Source of the DNA: Pecten maximus
Lineage: Eukaryota
Length of the DNA: 64,000 bases
Assembly: GCF_902652985.1 (NCBI RefSeq)
Contig: NC_047024.1
Coordinates: forward strand, 4,588,001 to 4,652,000
Direction of reading: 5' to 3'
The notes beneath the pieces are model-generated. The model worked only from the letters and a program-made list of their open reading frames with translations, did no database searches and had not been told where the DNA came from. Numbering within the stretch: position 1 is the stretch's first letter; every line of letters starts with the position of its first letter. Shown here in pieces: positions 1 through 12,941 of this stretch. A program made the position numbers and the translations under genes.

Positions 1-302
1 ATAATCGGTCTCACCCGACTCCATCCATGTATAACCGGTCTCGCCCGACTCCATCCATGTATAACCGGTCTCGCCCGACTCCATCCATGTATAATCGGTC
101 TCGCCCGACTCCATCCATGTATAACCGGTCTCGTCCGACTCCATCCATGTATAACCGGTCTCGTCCGACTCCATCCATGTATAATCGGTCTCGCCCGACT
201 CCATCCGTGTATAACCGGACTCGCCCGACTCCATCCGTGTATAACCGGTCTCGTCCGACTCCATCCATGTATAACGGGACTCGTCCGACTCCATCCATGT
301 AT
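1..302. repeat. 30-bp minisatellite (ATAACCGGTCTCGCCCGACTCCATCCATGT), about 10 copies, truncated by window start
   Basis: Direct tandem periodicity of 30 nt; ORFs 11..298 and 27..323 are translations of the repeat. Confidence 0.95.
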
Positions 303-835
303 CATACGATCCTAGTGCCCTAAAACTAAGTGTATATTCATTTCGTCGTAGTTCTTCTTGTAAGTCTACGTGGTGTAGTTGACAGACAATGGAACGACAG
401 TTTAGGGTATATTTAGGACAAATTGACCGTGTTAAATATCGAACTGTTGCATACAGTATTTGTATTTTAATTAGTACAAACAGATCGAGTTACTTTCTTG
501 CTAAATTTAGAGTAAATGAGAGTACGTCAGTTTTCGTGATCCAGACAAGGTCAGAGCAAACAGACTAGTCATACTTAAATATAACATGGAATAGTTTTCA
601 GATTTAAACTCACGCCACACTGAAAGGTTTGAAGGGTTGGCAAGACGTTCTAATCAGCCATATCTAGCTTTCTATACAAGTGTCGCTTCTCAATATATGT
701 GTTGTTTCTTAATAGAAGTGTTTGCTCATCCATAGGAAAGTTGTGTGGATTTCGTATACAAACTAAATTTAACCCCCGAAACAAGGAAACTAAGGAAATA
801 ACAGGTGTTCGTACCATAGAGGAATAGCGGAGACA

Positions 836-3800
836 ATGCCGGTCGTTACGTGTTGCGTGAATTTCTGTGCTGTGGGTATCCCGCTGATCGTTAGTTCGTT
901 TGTGATGGTGTTTGCCTTTGTCTTACACCTGTGTGGAGCTGTATCACCAACGTGGTTCGACTTCACGTATTCCGGCACCTCGTCTGGGACCAGTGGTTAC
1001 CAGGGACTGTGGGGACACTGTACCATCGTCAGTAACAATGTATGTTGTGGTACCGTCAGCAACTACTACAGCACAAGCGGAGGTGTCCCAGGTAAATTTG
1101 TCAAATAGCAGCAACAAAGGTGTCCCAGGTAAATCGGATATGTTATAAAGGAGGGTTCCAGAAAAATTAGTCTCATTTACTTTGTCTCAGAGGTTATAAC
1201 GGAGGGTCCCAGGTAAATTTGTCTCATTTACCTTGTCTCAGAGGTTATAACGGAGGGTCCCAGGTAAATTTGTCTTATAGCAGTAACAGAGATGTCCGAG
1301 GAAAATCATATAAGCTATAATGGAGGATTCCAGAGAAACTTGTCTCATAGCAGCAGAGGTGTCCCAGGTAAATTGGATACGTTATAAAGGAGGGTTCCAG
1401 ATGAATATGACTTATAGGCAGGTAAAATCTCATAGAAACAACGGAGGTGTCCCATATATTTTGGGTAGGTTATAACGGAGATTTACCGGGTAACCTTGTC
1501 TGATAGGTTATAACGGAGGGTCCCAGGTAACATTGTCTGATAGGTTATAACGCAGGGTCCCAGGTAATCTTGTATGATAGGTTATAACGGAGGGTCCCAG
1601 GTAACCTTGTCTGATAGGTTATAACGGAGGGTCCCAGGTAACCTTGTCTGATAGGTCATAACGGAGGGTCCCAGGTAACATTGTCTGATAGGTTATAACG
1701 GAGGGTCCCAGGTAATATTGTCTGATAGGTTATAACGGAGGGTCTGAGGTAACATTGTCTGATAGGTTATAACGGAGGGTCCCAGGTAACCTTGTCTGAT
1801 AGGTCATAATGGAGGGTCTCAGGTAACCATGTCTGATAGGTTATAACGGAGGGTCCCAGGTAATCTTGTCTGATAGGTTATAACGGATGGTCCCAGGTAA
1901 CCTTGTCTGATAGGTCATAATGGAGGGTCTCAGGTAACCATGTCTGATAGGTTATAACGGAGGGTCCCAGGTAATCTTGTCTGATAGGTTATAACGGAGG
2001 GTCCCAGGTAATCTTGTCCGATAGGTCATAACGGAGGGTCCCAGGTAACATTGTCTGATAGGTTATAACGGAGGTCCCAGGTAACATTGTCTGATAGGTT
2101 ATAACGGAGGGTCTGAGGTAACATTGTCTGATAGGCTATAACGGAGGGTCCCAGGTAATATTATCTGATAGGTTATAACGGAGGGTCCCAGGTAATATTG
2201 TCTGATAGGTTATAACGGAGGTCCCAGGTAATATTGTCTGATAGGTTATAACGGAGGGTCCCAGGTAACATTGTCTGATAGGTTATAATGGAGGGTCCCA
2301 GGTAACCTTGTCTGATAGGTTATAACGGAGGGTCCCAGGTAACATTGTCTGATAGGTCATAACGGAGGGTCCCAGGTAACATTGTCTGATAGGTCATAAC
2401 GGAGGGTCCCAGGTAACATTGTCTGATAGGTTATAACGGAGGGTCCCAGGTAACATTGTCTGATAGGTTATAACAGAGGGTCCCAGGTTACATTGTTCCA
2501 GAGGTTAAAGGTAATCTTGTTTGGTAGGTCATAACGGTGGGTTTATATATAATCTTGTTTGGTAGGTCATAACGGAGTGTTCTATATAATCTTGTTTGGT
2601 AGGTTATCGGAACGGTGGGTTCTATATAATCTTGTTTGGTAGGTCATAACGGAGTGTTCTATATAATCTTGTTTGGTAGGTCATAACGGAGTGTTCTATA
2701 TAATCTTGTTTGGTAGGTCATAACGAAGGGTTCTATATAATCTTGTTTGGTAGGTCATAACGGAGGGTTCTATATAATCTTGTTTGGTAGGTCATAACGG
2801 AGGGTTCTATATAATCTTGTTTGGTAGGTCATAACAAAGGATTCTATATAATCTTGTTTGGTAGGTCATAACGGAGGGTTCTATATAATCTTGTTTGGTA
2901 GGTCATAGCGGTGGGTTCTATATAATCTTGTTTGGTAGGTCATAGCGGTGGGTTCTATATAATCTTGTTTGGTAGGTCATAACGAAGGGTTCTATATAAT
3001 CTTGTTTGGTAGGTCATAACGGTGGGTTCTATATAATCTTGTTTGGTAGGTCATAGCGGTACGTGGGTTCCATATAATCTTGTTTGGTAGGTCATAACGG
3101 AGGGTTCTATATAATCTTGTTTGGTAGGTCATAACGGAGGGTTTTATATAATCTTGTTTGGTAGGTCATAACGGTGGGTTCTATATAATCTTGTTGGGAA
3201 GGTCATAACGGTGGGTTCTATATAATCTTGTTGGGAAGGTCATAACGGTGGGTTCTATATAATCTTGTTGGGAAGGTCATAACGGTGGGTTCTATATAAT
3301 CTTGTTTGGTAGGTCATAGCGGTGGGTTCTATATAATCTTGTTTGGTAGGTCATAACGGTGGGTTCTATATAATCTTGTTTGGTAGGTCATAACGGTGGG
3401 TTCTATATAATCTTGTTGGGAAGGTCATAACGGTGGGTTCTATATAATCTTGTTGGGAAGGTCATAACGGTGGGTTCTATATAATCTTGTTGGGAAGGTC
3501 ATAACGGTGGGTTCTATATAATCTTGTTTGGTAGGTCATAGCGGTGGGTTCTATATAATCTTGTTTGGTAGGTCATAACGGAGGGTTCTATATAATCTTG
3601 TTTGGTAGGTCATAACGGTGGGTTCTATATAATCTTGTTTGGTAGGTCATAACGGAGGGTTCTATATAATCTTGTTTGGTAGGTCATAACGGTGGGTTCT
3701 ATATAATCTTGTTTGGTAGGTCATAACGAAGGAATCTATATAATCTTGTTTGGTAGGTCATAACGGAGGGTTCTATATAATCTTGTTTGGTAGGTCATAA

Positions 3801-6800
3801 CGGTGGGTTCTATATAATCTTGTTTGGTAGGTCATAGCGGAGGGTTCTATATAATCTTGTTTGGTAGGTCATAACAGAGGGTTCTATATAATCTTGTTTG
3901 GTAGGTCATAACGGAGAGTTCTATATAATCTTGTTTGGTAGGTCATAACAGAGGGTTCTATATAATCTTGTTTGGTATGTCATAACAAAGGGTTCTATAT
4001 AATCTTGTTTGGTAGGTCATAACGGAGAGTTCTATATAATCTTGTTTGGTAGGTCATAACGGTGGGTTCTATATAATCTTGTTTGGTAGGTCATAACAGA
4101 GGGTTCTATATAATCTTGTTTGGTAGGTCATAACAGAGGGTTCTATATAATCTTGTTTGGTAGGTCATAGCGGAGGGTTCTATATAATCTTGTTTGGTAG
4201 GTCATAACGGAGGGTTCTATATAATCTTGTTTGGTAGGTCATAACGGAGGATTCTATATAATCTTGTTTGGTAGGTCATAACGGAGGATTCTATATAATC
4301 TTGTTTGGTAGGTCATAACGGAGGATTCTATATAATCTTGTTTGGTAGGTCATAACGGAGAGTTCTATATAATCTTGTTTGGTAGGTCATAGCGGAGGGT
4401 TCTATATAATCTTGTTTGGTAGGTCATAACGGAGAGTTCTATATAATCTTGTTTGGTAGGTCATAACGGAGGGTTCTATATAATCTTGTTTGGTAGGTCA
4501 TAACGGAGGATTCTATATAATCTTGTTTGGTAGGTCATAACGGTGGGTTCTATATAATCTTGTTTGGTAGGTCATAACGGAGGGTTCTATATAATCTTGT
4601 TTGGTAGGTCATAGCGGAGGGTTCTATATAATCTTGTTTGGTAGGTCATAGCGGAGGGTTCTATATAATTTTGTTTGGTAGGTTATAACGAAGGGTTCTA
4701 TATAATCTTGTTTGGTAGGTCATAACGGTGGGTTCTATATAATCTTGTCGGGTATGTCATAACTGAGGGTTCTATATAATCTTGTTTGGTAGGTCACAAC
4801 GGTGGGTTCTATATAATCTTGTCTGGTAGGTCATAACGGTGGGTTCTATATAATCTTGTTTGGTAGGTCATAGCGGTGGGTTCTATATAATCTTGTTTGG
4901 TAGGTCATAGGGGAGGGTTCTATATAATCTTGTTTGGTAGGTCATAACGGAGGGTTCTATATAATCTTGTTTGGTATGTCATAACAGAGGGTTCTATATA
5001 ATCTTGTTTGGTATGTCATAACGGTGGGTTCTATATAATCTTGCTTGGTATGTCATAACGAAGGGTTCTATATAATCTTGTTTGGTAGGTCATAACGGAG
5101 GGTTCTATATAATCTTGTTTGGTAGGTCATAACGGAGGGTTCTATATAATCTTGTTTGGTAGGTCATAACGGAGTGTTCTATATAATCTTGTTTTGTAGG
5201 TCATAGCGGAGTGTTCTATATAATCTTGTTTGGTAGGTCATAACGGAGGGTTCTATATAATCTTGTTTTGTAGGTCATAACAGAGGGTTCTATATAATCT
5301 TGTTTGGTAGGTCATAGCGAAGGGTTCTATGTAATCGTGTTTGGTAGGTCATAACGGTGGGTTCTATATAATCTTGTTTGGAAGGTCATAACGAAGGGTT
5401 CTATATAATCTTGTTTGGTAGGTCATAACGGAGGGTTCTATATAATCTTGTTTGGTAGGTCATAGCGGAGGGTTCTATATAATCTTGTTTGGTAGGTCAT
5501 AACAGAGGGTTTCATATAATCTTGTTTGGTAGGTCATAACAGAGGGTTCTATATAATCTTGTTTGGTAGGTCATAACGGTGGGTTCTATATAATCTTGTC
5601 TGGTAGGTCATAACGGAGGGTTCTATATAATCTTGTTTGGTAGGTCATTACGAAGGGTTCTATATAATATTGTTTGGTAGGTCATAGCGGAGTGTTCTAT
5701 ATAATCTTGTTTGGTATGTCATAGCGGAGGGTTCTATATAATCTTGGTTGGTAGGTCATAACGGTGGGTTCTATATAATCTTGTTTGGTAGGTCATAGTG
5801 GTGGGTTCTATATATTCTTGTTTGGTATGTCATAACGAAGGGTTCTATATTATCTTGTTTGGTAGGTCATAACAGTGGGTTCTATATAATCTTGTTTGGT
5901 AGGTCATAACGGAGGGTTCTGTATAATCTTGTTTGGTAGGTCATAACGGTGGGTTCTATATAATCTTGTCTGGTAGGTCATAACGGAGTGTTCTGTATAA
6001 TCTTGTTTGGTAGGTCATAACGGAGTGTTCTATATAATCTTGTTTGGTAGGTCATAACGAAGGGTTCTATATAATCTTGTTTGGTAGGTCATAGCGGTGG
6101 GTTCTATATAATCTTGTTTGGTAGGTCATAACGGTGGGTTCTATATAATCTTGTCTGGTAGGTCATAACGGAGGGTTCTATATAATCTTGTTTGGTAGGT
6201 CATAACAGAGGGTTCTATATAATCTTGTTTGGTAGGTCATAACGGAGGGTTCTATATAATCTTGTTTGGTAGGTCATAACGCAGGGTTCTATATAATCTT
6301 GTTTGGTAGGTCATAACGGTGGGTTCTATATAATCTGGTTTGGTAGATCATAACGGAGGGTTCTATATAATCTTGTTTGGTAGGTCATAACGGAGTGTTC
6401 TGTATAATCTTGTTTGGTAGGTCATAACGGAGTGTTCTATATAATCTTGTTTGGTAGGTCATAACGAAGGGTTCTATATAATCTTGTTTGGTAGGTCATA
6501 GCGGTGGGTTCTATATAATCTTGTTTGGTAGGTCATAACGGAGGGTTCTATATAATCTTGTTTGGTAGGTCATAGCGGAGGGTTCTATATAATCTTGTTT
6601 GGTAAGTCATAACGGAGGGTTCTATATAATCTTGTTTGGTAGGTCATAACGGTGGGTTCTATATAATCTTGTTTGGTAGGTCATAACGGTGGGTTCTATA
6701 TAATCTTGTTTGGTAGGTCATAACGGTGGGTTCTATATAATCTTGTTTGGTAGGTCATAACGGAGGGTTCTATATAATCTTGTCGGGTATGTCATAACGG

Positions 6801-9800
6801 TGGGTTCTATATAATCATCTCGGGTAGGTCATAACGAAGGGTTTGATGTAATATTGTCGAACGGAAGATCACATGTTAACTGATATTTTTATCTATGACG
6901 AATTGTCTATGTTCTTTTATAAGTTGTAACGGAGTGATTAAAGGTATACTTTTTACTATATTAGAATGTCACCAGGTAATGAATGCTTTGGAAGTAGTAA
7001 TGTAATACACTTTCATGTAACGGATTATTGTCGTAATGTGTATCAAGTTTCAGACTGGCTGACGACGACCCAGTACATGGTCGCCATATCATTGTGTCCC
7101 ATGTTTCAGAATGGCTGACGACGACCCAGTACATGGTCGCTATATCACTGTGTCCCATGTTTTAGACTGACTGACGGCCACCCGGTACATGGTCGCTATA
7201 TCACTGTGTGTCCCATGTTTCAGAATGGCTGACGACGACCCAGTACATGGTCGCTATATTACTGTGTCCCATGTTTCAGACTGGCTGACGGCGACCCAGT
7301 ACATGGTCGCTATATCACTGTGTGTCCCATGTTTCAGACTGACTGACGGCGACCCAGTACATGGTCGCTATATCACTGTGTGTCTCATGTTTCAGACTGA
7401 CTGACGGCGACCCAGTACATGGTCGCTATATCATTGTGTCCCATGTTTCAGACTGGCTGACGGCGACCCAATACATGGTCGCTATATCATTGTGTCCCAT
7501 GTTTCAGAATGGCTGACGGCGACCCAGTACATGGTCGCTATATCACTGTGTCCCATGTTTTAGACTGACTGACGGCCACCCGGTACATGGTCGCTATATC
7601 ACTGTGTGTCCCATGTTTCAGAATGGCTGACGACGACCCAGTACATGGTCGCTATATTACTGTGTCCCATGTTTCAGACTGGCTGACGGCGACCCAGTAC
7701 ATGGTCGCTATATCACTGTGTGTCCCATGTTTCAGACTGACTGACGGCGACCCAGTACATGGTCGCTATATCACTGTGTGTCTCATGTTTCAGACTGACT
7801 GACGGCGACCCAGTACATGGTCGCTATATCATTGTGTCCCATGTTTCAGACTGGCTGACGGCGACCCAATACATGGTCGCTATATCATTGTGTCCCATGT
7901 TTCAGAATGGCTGACGGCGACCCAGTACATGGTCGCTATATCACTGTGTCCTATGTTTTAGACTGGCTGACGGCCACCCAGTACATGGTCGCTATATCAC
8001 TGTGTCCCATGTTTCAGACTGACTGACGGCGACCCAGTACATGGTCGCTATATCACTGTGTGTCTCATGTTTCAGACTGGCTGACGGCCACCCAGTACAT
8101 GGTCGCTATATCACTGGTTTGCGGCGTTGCCTCTATAGTCCTGGTTTTTGTTGCTTCCTGCTGTGCCTCCAAGACGATCGCTGTCCCGGCTGTAGTGACT
8201 GCTATCCTGACAAGTAGGTTACCGTTTTATTTGTTCACATCTTTACAATATATTTAAGGAAAAAATCTTAATTAGCCATCAGCTATGTTCTTCAATAAAC
8301 AGTTTGTGAAACTTGAACCAGCAGGGGCGATTCGTTTGTCGTCAGTAAATATTTAACTATACAGAAGCTTAAATATTTACCTTGTGTATATAAAACAGAT
8401 GTAGTACGTCCCGTCATAATATATTCCACTAAAGGGCGTTTTGGGGTACTAAGGGTCCCTTAGGAAGACCTCTACCAGTATGTTATAAAAATATATGTAT
8501 ACCTAGGTATAGATATTTCAGTAACTGTTTAATGCATTGAGTAAAACAACCGATCCAAAGGATGTTAACAGCATATTGTGTTGTGTTGTATGTGTACTGT
8601 GTTGTGTTGTATGTGTACTGTGTTGTGTTTAAGGTGTACTGTGTTGTGATGTAGGTGTACTGTGTTGTGTTGTGTTGTAGGCATACTGTGTTGTGTTGTA
8701 GGCATACTGTGTTGTGTTGTAGGCATACTGTGTTGTTTAGTTGTACTGTGTTGTGTTGTATGTGTACTGTGGTGTGTTGTAGGCGTACTGTGTTATGGTG
8801 TAGGTGTACTGTGTTGTGTTGTATGTGTATTGTGTTGTGTTATAGGTATTCTGTGTTGTGTTGTAGGTGTACTGTGTTGTGTTGTAGGTGTACTGTGTTG
8901 TGATGTAGGTGTACTGTGTTGTAGGTATTCTGTGTTGTTAAGGTGTTATGTGTTGTGTTATAGGTGTACTGTGTTGTGTTGTATGTGTACTGTGTTGTGT
9001 TGGGTTGTATGTGTACTGTGTTGTGTTGTATATGTACGGTTGTGCTGTAGGTGTACTGTGTTGTGTTGTAGGTGTACTGTTTTGTGTTGTAGGTGTACTG
9101 TGTTGTGTTGTAGGTGTACTGTGTTATGTTGTATGTGTACTGTGTTGTGTTGTAGGTTATTGTGTTGTGATGTAGGTGTAATGTGTTGTGTTGTAGGCGT
9201 ACTGTGTTGTGATGTAGGTGTACTGTGTTGTGATGTAGGTGTACTGTGTTGTGTTGTAGGTGTACTGTGTTGTGTTGTAGGCGTACTGTATTGTGATGTA
9301 GGTGTATTGTGTTGTGTTGTACGTGTACTGTGTTATAGGTGTACTGTGTTGTGTTGTAGGTGTATTGTGTTGTGTTGTACGTGTACTGTGTTGTGTTGTA
9401 GGTATACTGTGTTGTGTTTAAGGTGTACTAGGTTGTGTTGTAGGTGTACTGTGTTGTGTTGTTAGTGTACTGTGTTGTGTTGTTAGTGTACTGTGTTGTG
9501 TTGTAGGTGTACTGTGTTGTGTTGTAGGTGTATTGTGTTGTGTTATAGGTGTACTGTGTTGTGTTGTATGTGTACTGTGTTGTGTTGTAGGTGTACTGTG
9601 TTGTGTTGTATGTGTACTGTGTTGTGATGTAGGTGCACTGTGTTGTGTTGTATGTGTACTGTGGTGTGTTGTATGTGTACTGTGTTGTGATGTAGGTGTA
9701 CTGTGTTGTGTTGTATGTGTACTGTGTTGTGATGTAGGTGTAATGTGTTGTGATTTAGGTGTACTGTGTTGTGTTGTGTTGTAGGTGTACTGTGTTGTGT

Positions 9801-12800
9801 TGTAGGTGTACTGTGTTGTAGGTATTATGTGTTGTTTAGGTGTACTGTGTTGTGTTGTATGTGTACTGTGTTGTGTTGTAGGTGTACCGTGTTGTGTTGT
9901 ACGTGTACTGTGTTGTGTTATAGGTGTACTGTGTTGTGTTGTAGGTGAACTGTGTTGTGTTGTAGATTTACTGTGTTATGTTGTAGGTATACTGTGTTGT
10001 GTTGTATGTGTACTGTGTTGTGTTGGGTTGTATGTGTACTGTGTTGTGTTGTATATGTACGGTTGTGTTGTAGGTGTACTGTGTTGTAGTTGTATTGTTA
10101 TGTTGTAGGATACTGTGTTGTTTAGGTGTACTGTGTTGTGTTGTACTGTGTTGTGTTGTAGGTGTACTGTGTTGTGTTGTAGGTGTACTGTGTTGTGTTG
10201 TAGGTGTACTGTGGTGTGTTGTAGGTGTACTGTGTTGTGTTGTAGGTGTACTGTATTGTGTTGTAGGTGTACTGTGTTGTGTTGTAGGTGTACTGTGGTG
10301 TGTTGTAGGTGTACTGTGTTGTGTTGTAGGCGTACTGTGTTGTGGGGTAGGTGTACTGTGTTGTGTTATAGGTGTACTGTGTTGTGTTGTAGGTGTACTG
10401 TGTTGTAGGTATTCTGTGTTGTTAAGGTGTTATGTGTTGTGTTATAGGTGTACTGTGTTGTGTTGTATGTGTACTGTGTTGTGTTGTGCTGTATGTGTAC
10501 TGTGGTGTGTTGTATGTGTACTGTGTTGTGTTGTATGTGTACTGTGTTGTGTTGTTTAGGTGTATTGTGTTGTGTTGTAGGTGTACTGTGTTGTGGTGTA
10601 GGTGTACTGTGTTGTGTTGTAGGCGTACTGTGTTGTGGTGTAGGTGTACTGTGTTGTGTTATAGGTGTACTGTGTTGTGTTGTAGGTGCACTGTGTTGTG
10701 ATGTAGGTGTACTGTGTTGTGTTGTAGGTGTACTGTGTTGTGATGTAGGTGTACTGTGTTGTAGGTATTCTGTGTTGTTAAGGTGTTATGTGTTGTGTTA
10801 TAGGTGTACTGTGTTGTGTTGTATGTGTAGTGTTGTGTTGGGTTGTATGTGTACTGTGTTGTGTTGTATATGTACGGTTGTGCTGTAGGCGTTCTGTGTT
10901 GTGTTGTAGGTGTACTGTGTTGTTAAGGTGTTATGTGTTGTGTTATATGTGTACTGTGTTGTGTTGTATGTGTACTGTGTTGTGTTGTAGGTGTACTGTG
11001 TTGTGATGTAGGTGTACTGTGTTGTGTTGTAGTTGTACTGTGTTGTGTTGTTTAGGTGTACTGTGTTGTGATGTAGGTGAACTGTGTTGTGATGTAGGTG
11101 AACTGTGTTGTGATGTAGGTGTACTTTGTTGTGTTGTAGGTGTACTGTGTTGTGTTGTAGGTGTATTGTGTTGTGTTGTAGGTGTATTGTGTTGTGATGT
11201 AGGTGAACTGTGTTGTGTTGTAGGTGTACTGTGTTGTGTTGTAGGTGTATTGTGTTGTGTTGTAGGTGTATTGTGTTGTGATGTAGGTGAACTGTGTTGT
11301 GGTGTAGGTGTACTTTGTTGTGGTGTAGGTGTACTGTGTTGTGTTGTAGGTGTATTGTGTTGTGTTGTAGGTGTACTGTGTTGTGTTGTAGGTGTATTGT
11401 GTTGTGATGTAGGTGAACTGTGTTGTGTTGTAGGTGTACTGTGTTGTGTTGTAGGTGTATTGTGTTGTGGTGTAGGTGTACTGTGTTGTGATGTAGGTGA
11501 ACTGTGTTGTGGTGTAGGTATACTGTGTTGTGATGTAGGTGAACTGTGTTGTGATGTAGGTGTACTTTGTTGTGTTGTAGGTGTACTGTGTTGTGTTGTA
11601 GGTGTATTGTGTTGTGTTGTAGGTGTATTGTGTTGTGTTGTAGGTGTATTGTGTTGTGTTGTAGGTGTACTGCATTGTGTTGTAATGTACTGATTTGTGT
11701 TGTAGGTGTTTTATTAGGTGCTGCTGTGATCACATTTGGATCCGCCGTGTCGTCGGAGAGCTGGACAACTCGATCTGACTATAACTTTGGGTTTTATTTC
11801 ATCATCTTCTCTATGATCGGGTACACAGGCTGTGCCGTTCTCATCATAGTCGGCATCTGTACTGCAACTGCCCTCACAGCCGGTAAGTACATATACCCAC
11901 CACTTCCTTTAAATCTGGTTATTATGTATACCCATCACAGCCCTCACAGACGCTAAATATATATACACCCACCACTTCCCTTAAATCTGGTAAGTATATA
12001 TACACCCACCGCTGCCCTCACAGCTGGTAAGTATATATACACCCACCACTTCCCTCACAGCCAGTAAGTATCATACACCCACCGCTGCCCTCACAGCTGG
12101 TAAGTATACATATACCCACCACTTCCCTTAAATCTGGTAAGTATATATACAACCACCACTGCCCTCACAGCCGGTAAGTATATACATACAACCACCGCTG
12201 CCCTCACAGATGTTAAGTGTACATAAACCAACACTGCCCTCACAGTGAGTAAGTATATATACAACCATCACTGCCCTCACAGTGAGTAAGTATACATACA
12301 ACCACCGCTGCCCTCACAGATGTTAAGTGTACATAAACCAACACTGCCCTCACAGTGAGTAAGTATATATACAACCATCACTGCCCTCACAGTGAGTAAG
12401 TATACATACAACCACCGCTGCCCTCACAGATGTTAAGTGTACATAAACCAACACTGCCCTCACAGTCAGTAAGTATATATACAACCATCACTGCCCTCAC
12501 AGTCAGTAAGTATATACAACCATCACTGCCCTCACAGTCAGTAAGTATATATACAACCATCACTGCCCTCACAGTCAGTAAGTATATATACAACCATCAC
12601 TGCCCTCACAGTCAGTAAGTATATATACAACCATCACTGCCCTCACAGTCAGTAAGTATATATACAACCATCACTGCCCTCACAGTCAGTAAGTATATAC
12701 ACCTACTACTACCTTCACAGCTCTAACATTTACCACAGAGGATCAAATAGTAGTTCTACAGAAATATACTTATACAGGCCATATGGGTGGGAATTGGTGT

Positions 12801-12941
12801 AACATTAAGTCTTTGATCCGAGTGGGAAAAAACAACCAAACCAGTAAGTGTAAACAGACAGATCTTTTTTTGACTAGTTCCACTACGCTGAGATCACTTA
12901 TGATTTATCATTACATTTCAGTTGTACCTGGACCTTTGTAA
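836..12941 (+). CDS. Claudin/PMP22/EMP-superfamily four-transmembrane protein, about 196 aa; exons 836-1091, 8076-8213, 11706-11882, 12922-12941
   Basis: TM1 followed by W...GLWGHC......C (claudin-family W-GLW-C-C signature); exon 2 DWLTATQYMVAISLVCG; two further hydrophobic helices; all introns GT-AG and phase 1; ends VVPGPL*; AATAAA near 13489. Confidence 0.85.
1092..2490 (+). repeat. 37-bp minisatellite derived from the exon 1 donor junction (GTAACCTTGTCTGATAGGTTATAACGGAGGGTCCCAG); degenerate to about 1490, homogeneous afterwards
   Basis: Unit contains GGAGGGTCCCAG|GTAA, matching the true junction GGAGGTGTCCCAG|GTAAAT at 1091/1092. Confidence 0.9.
2511..6842 (+). repeat. 37-bp minisatellite (TATAATCTTGTTTGGTAGGTCATAACGGAGGGTTCTA), roughly 115 copies; sister variant of the 1092-2490 array
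   Basis: Aligns without gaps to the preceding unit, with CCCAG|GTAA replaced by TCTAT|ATAA. Confidence 0.95.
7054..8115 (+). repeat. 56/58-bp minisatellite made of the exon 2 acceptor plus about 40 nt of exon 2, about 18 copies, with a 398-bp higher-order duplication
   Basis: Unit CATGTTTCAG|ACTGGCTGACGGCGACCCAGTACATGGTCGCTATATCACTG equals the real acceptor at 8075/8076; identical ORFs at 7189 and 7587 show the 398-bp period. Confidence 0.95.
8576..11705 (+). repeat. TG-rich 21-bp minisatellite (GTGTACTGTGTTGTGTTGTAG), roughly 150 copies, ending at the exon 3 acceptor
   Basis: Direct periodicity; the last unit supplies TGTGTTGTAG|GTGT at 11705/11706. Confidence 0.95.
11883..12722 (+). repeat. 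About 37-bp minisatellite derived from the exon 3 donor junction (GTAAGTATATATACAACCATCACTGCCCTCACAGTCA)
   Basis: Unit contains ACTGCCCTCACAGnnn|GTAAGT, matching the real junction ACTGCCCTCACAGCCG|GTAAGT at 11882/11883. Confidence 0.93.

Noticed and set aside
8655-11733. Many Cys/Val-rich and His/Thr-rich ORFs (metallothionein- or keratin-like appearance)
   Set aside because: Translations of a 21-bp intronic minisatellite in several frames and both strands; no unique coding sequence.
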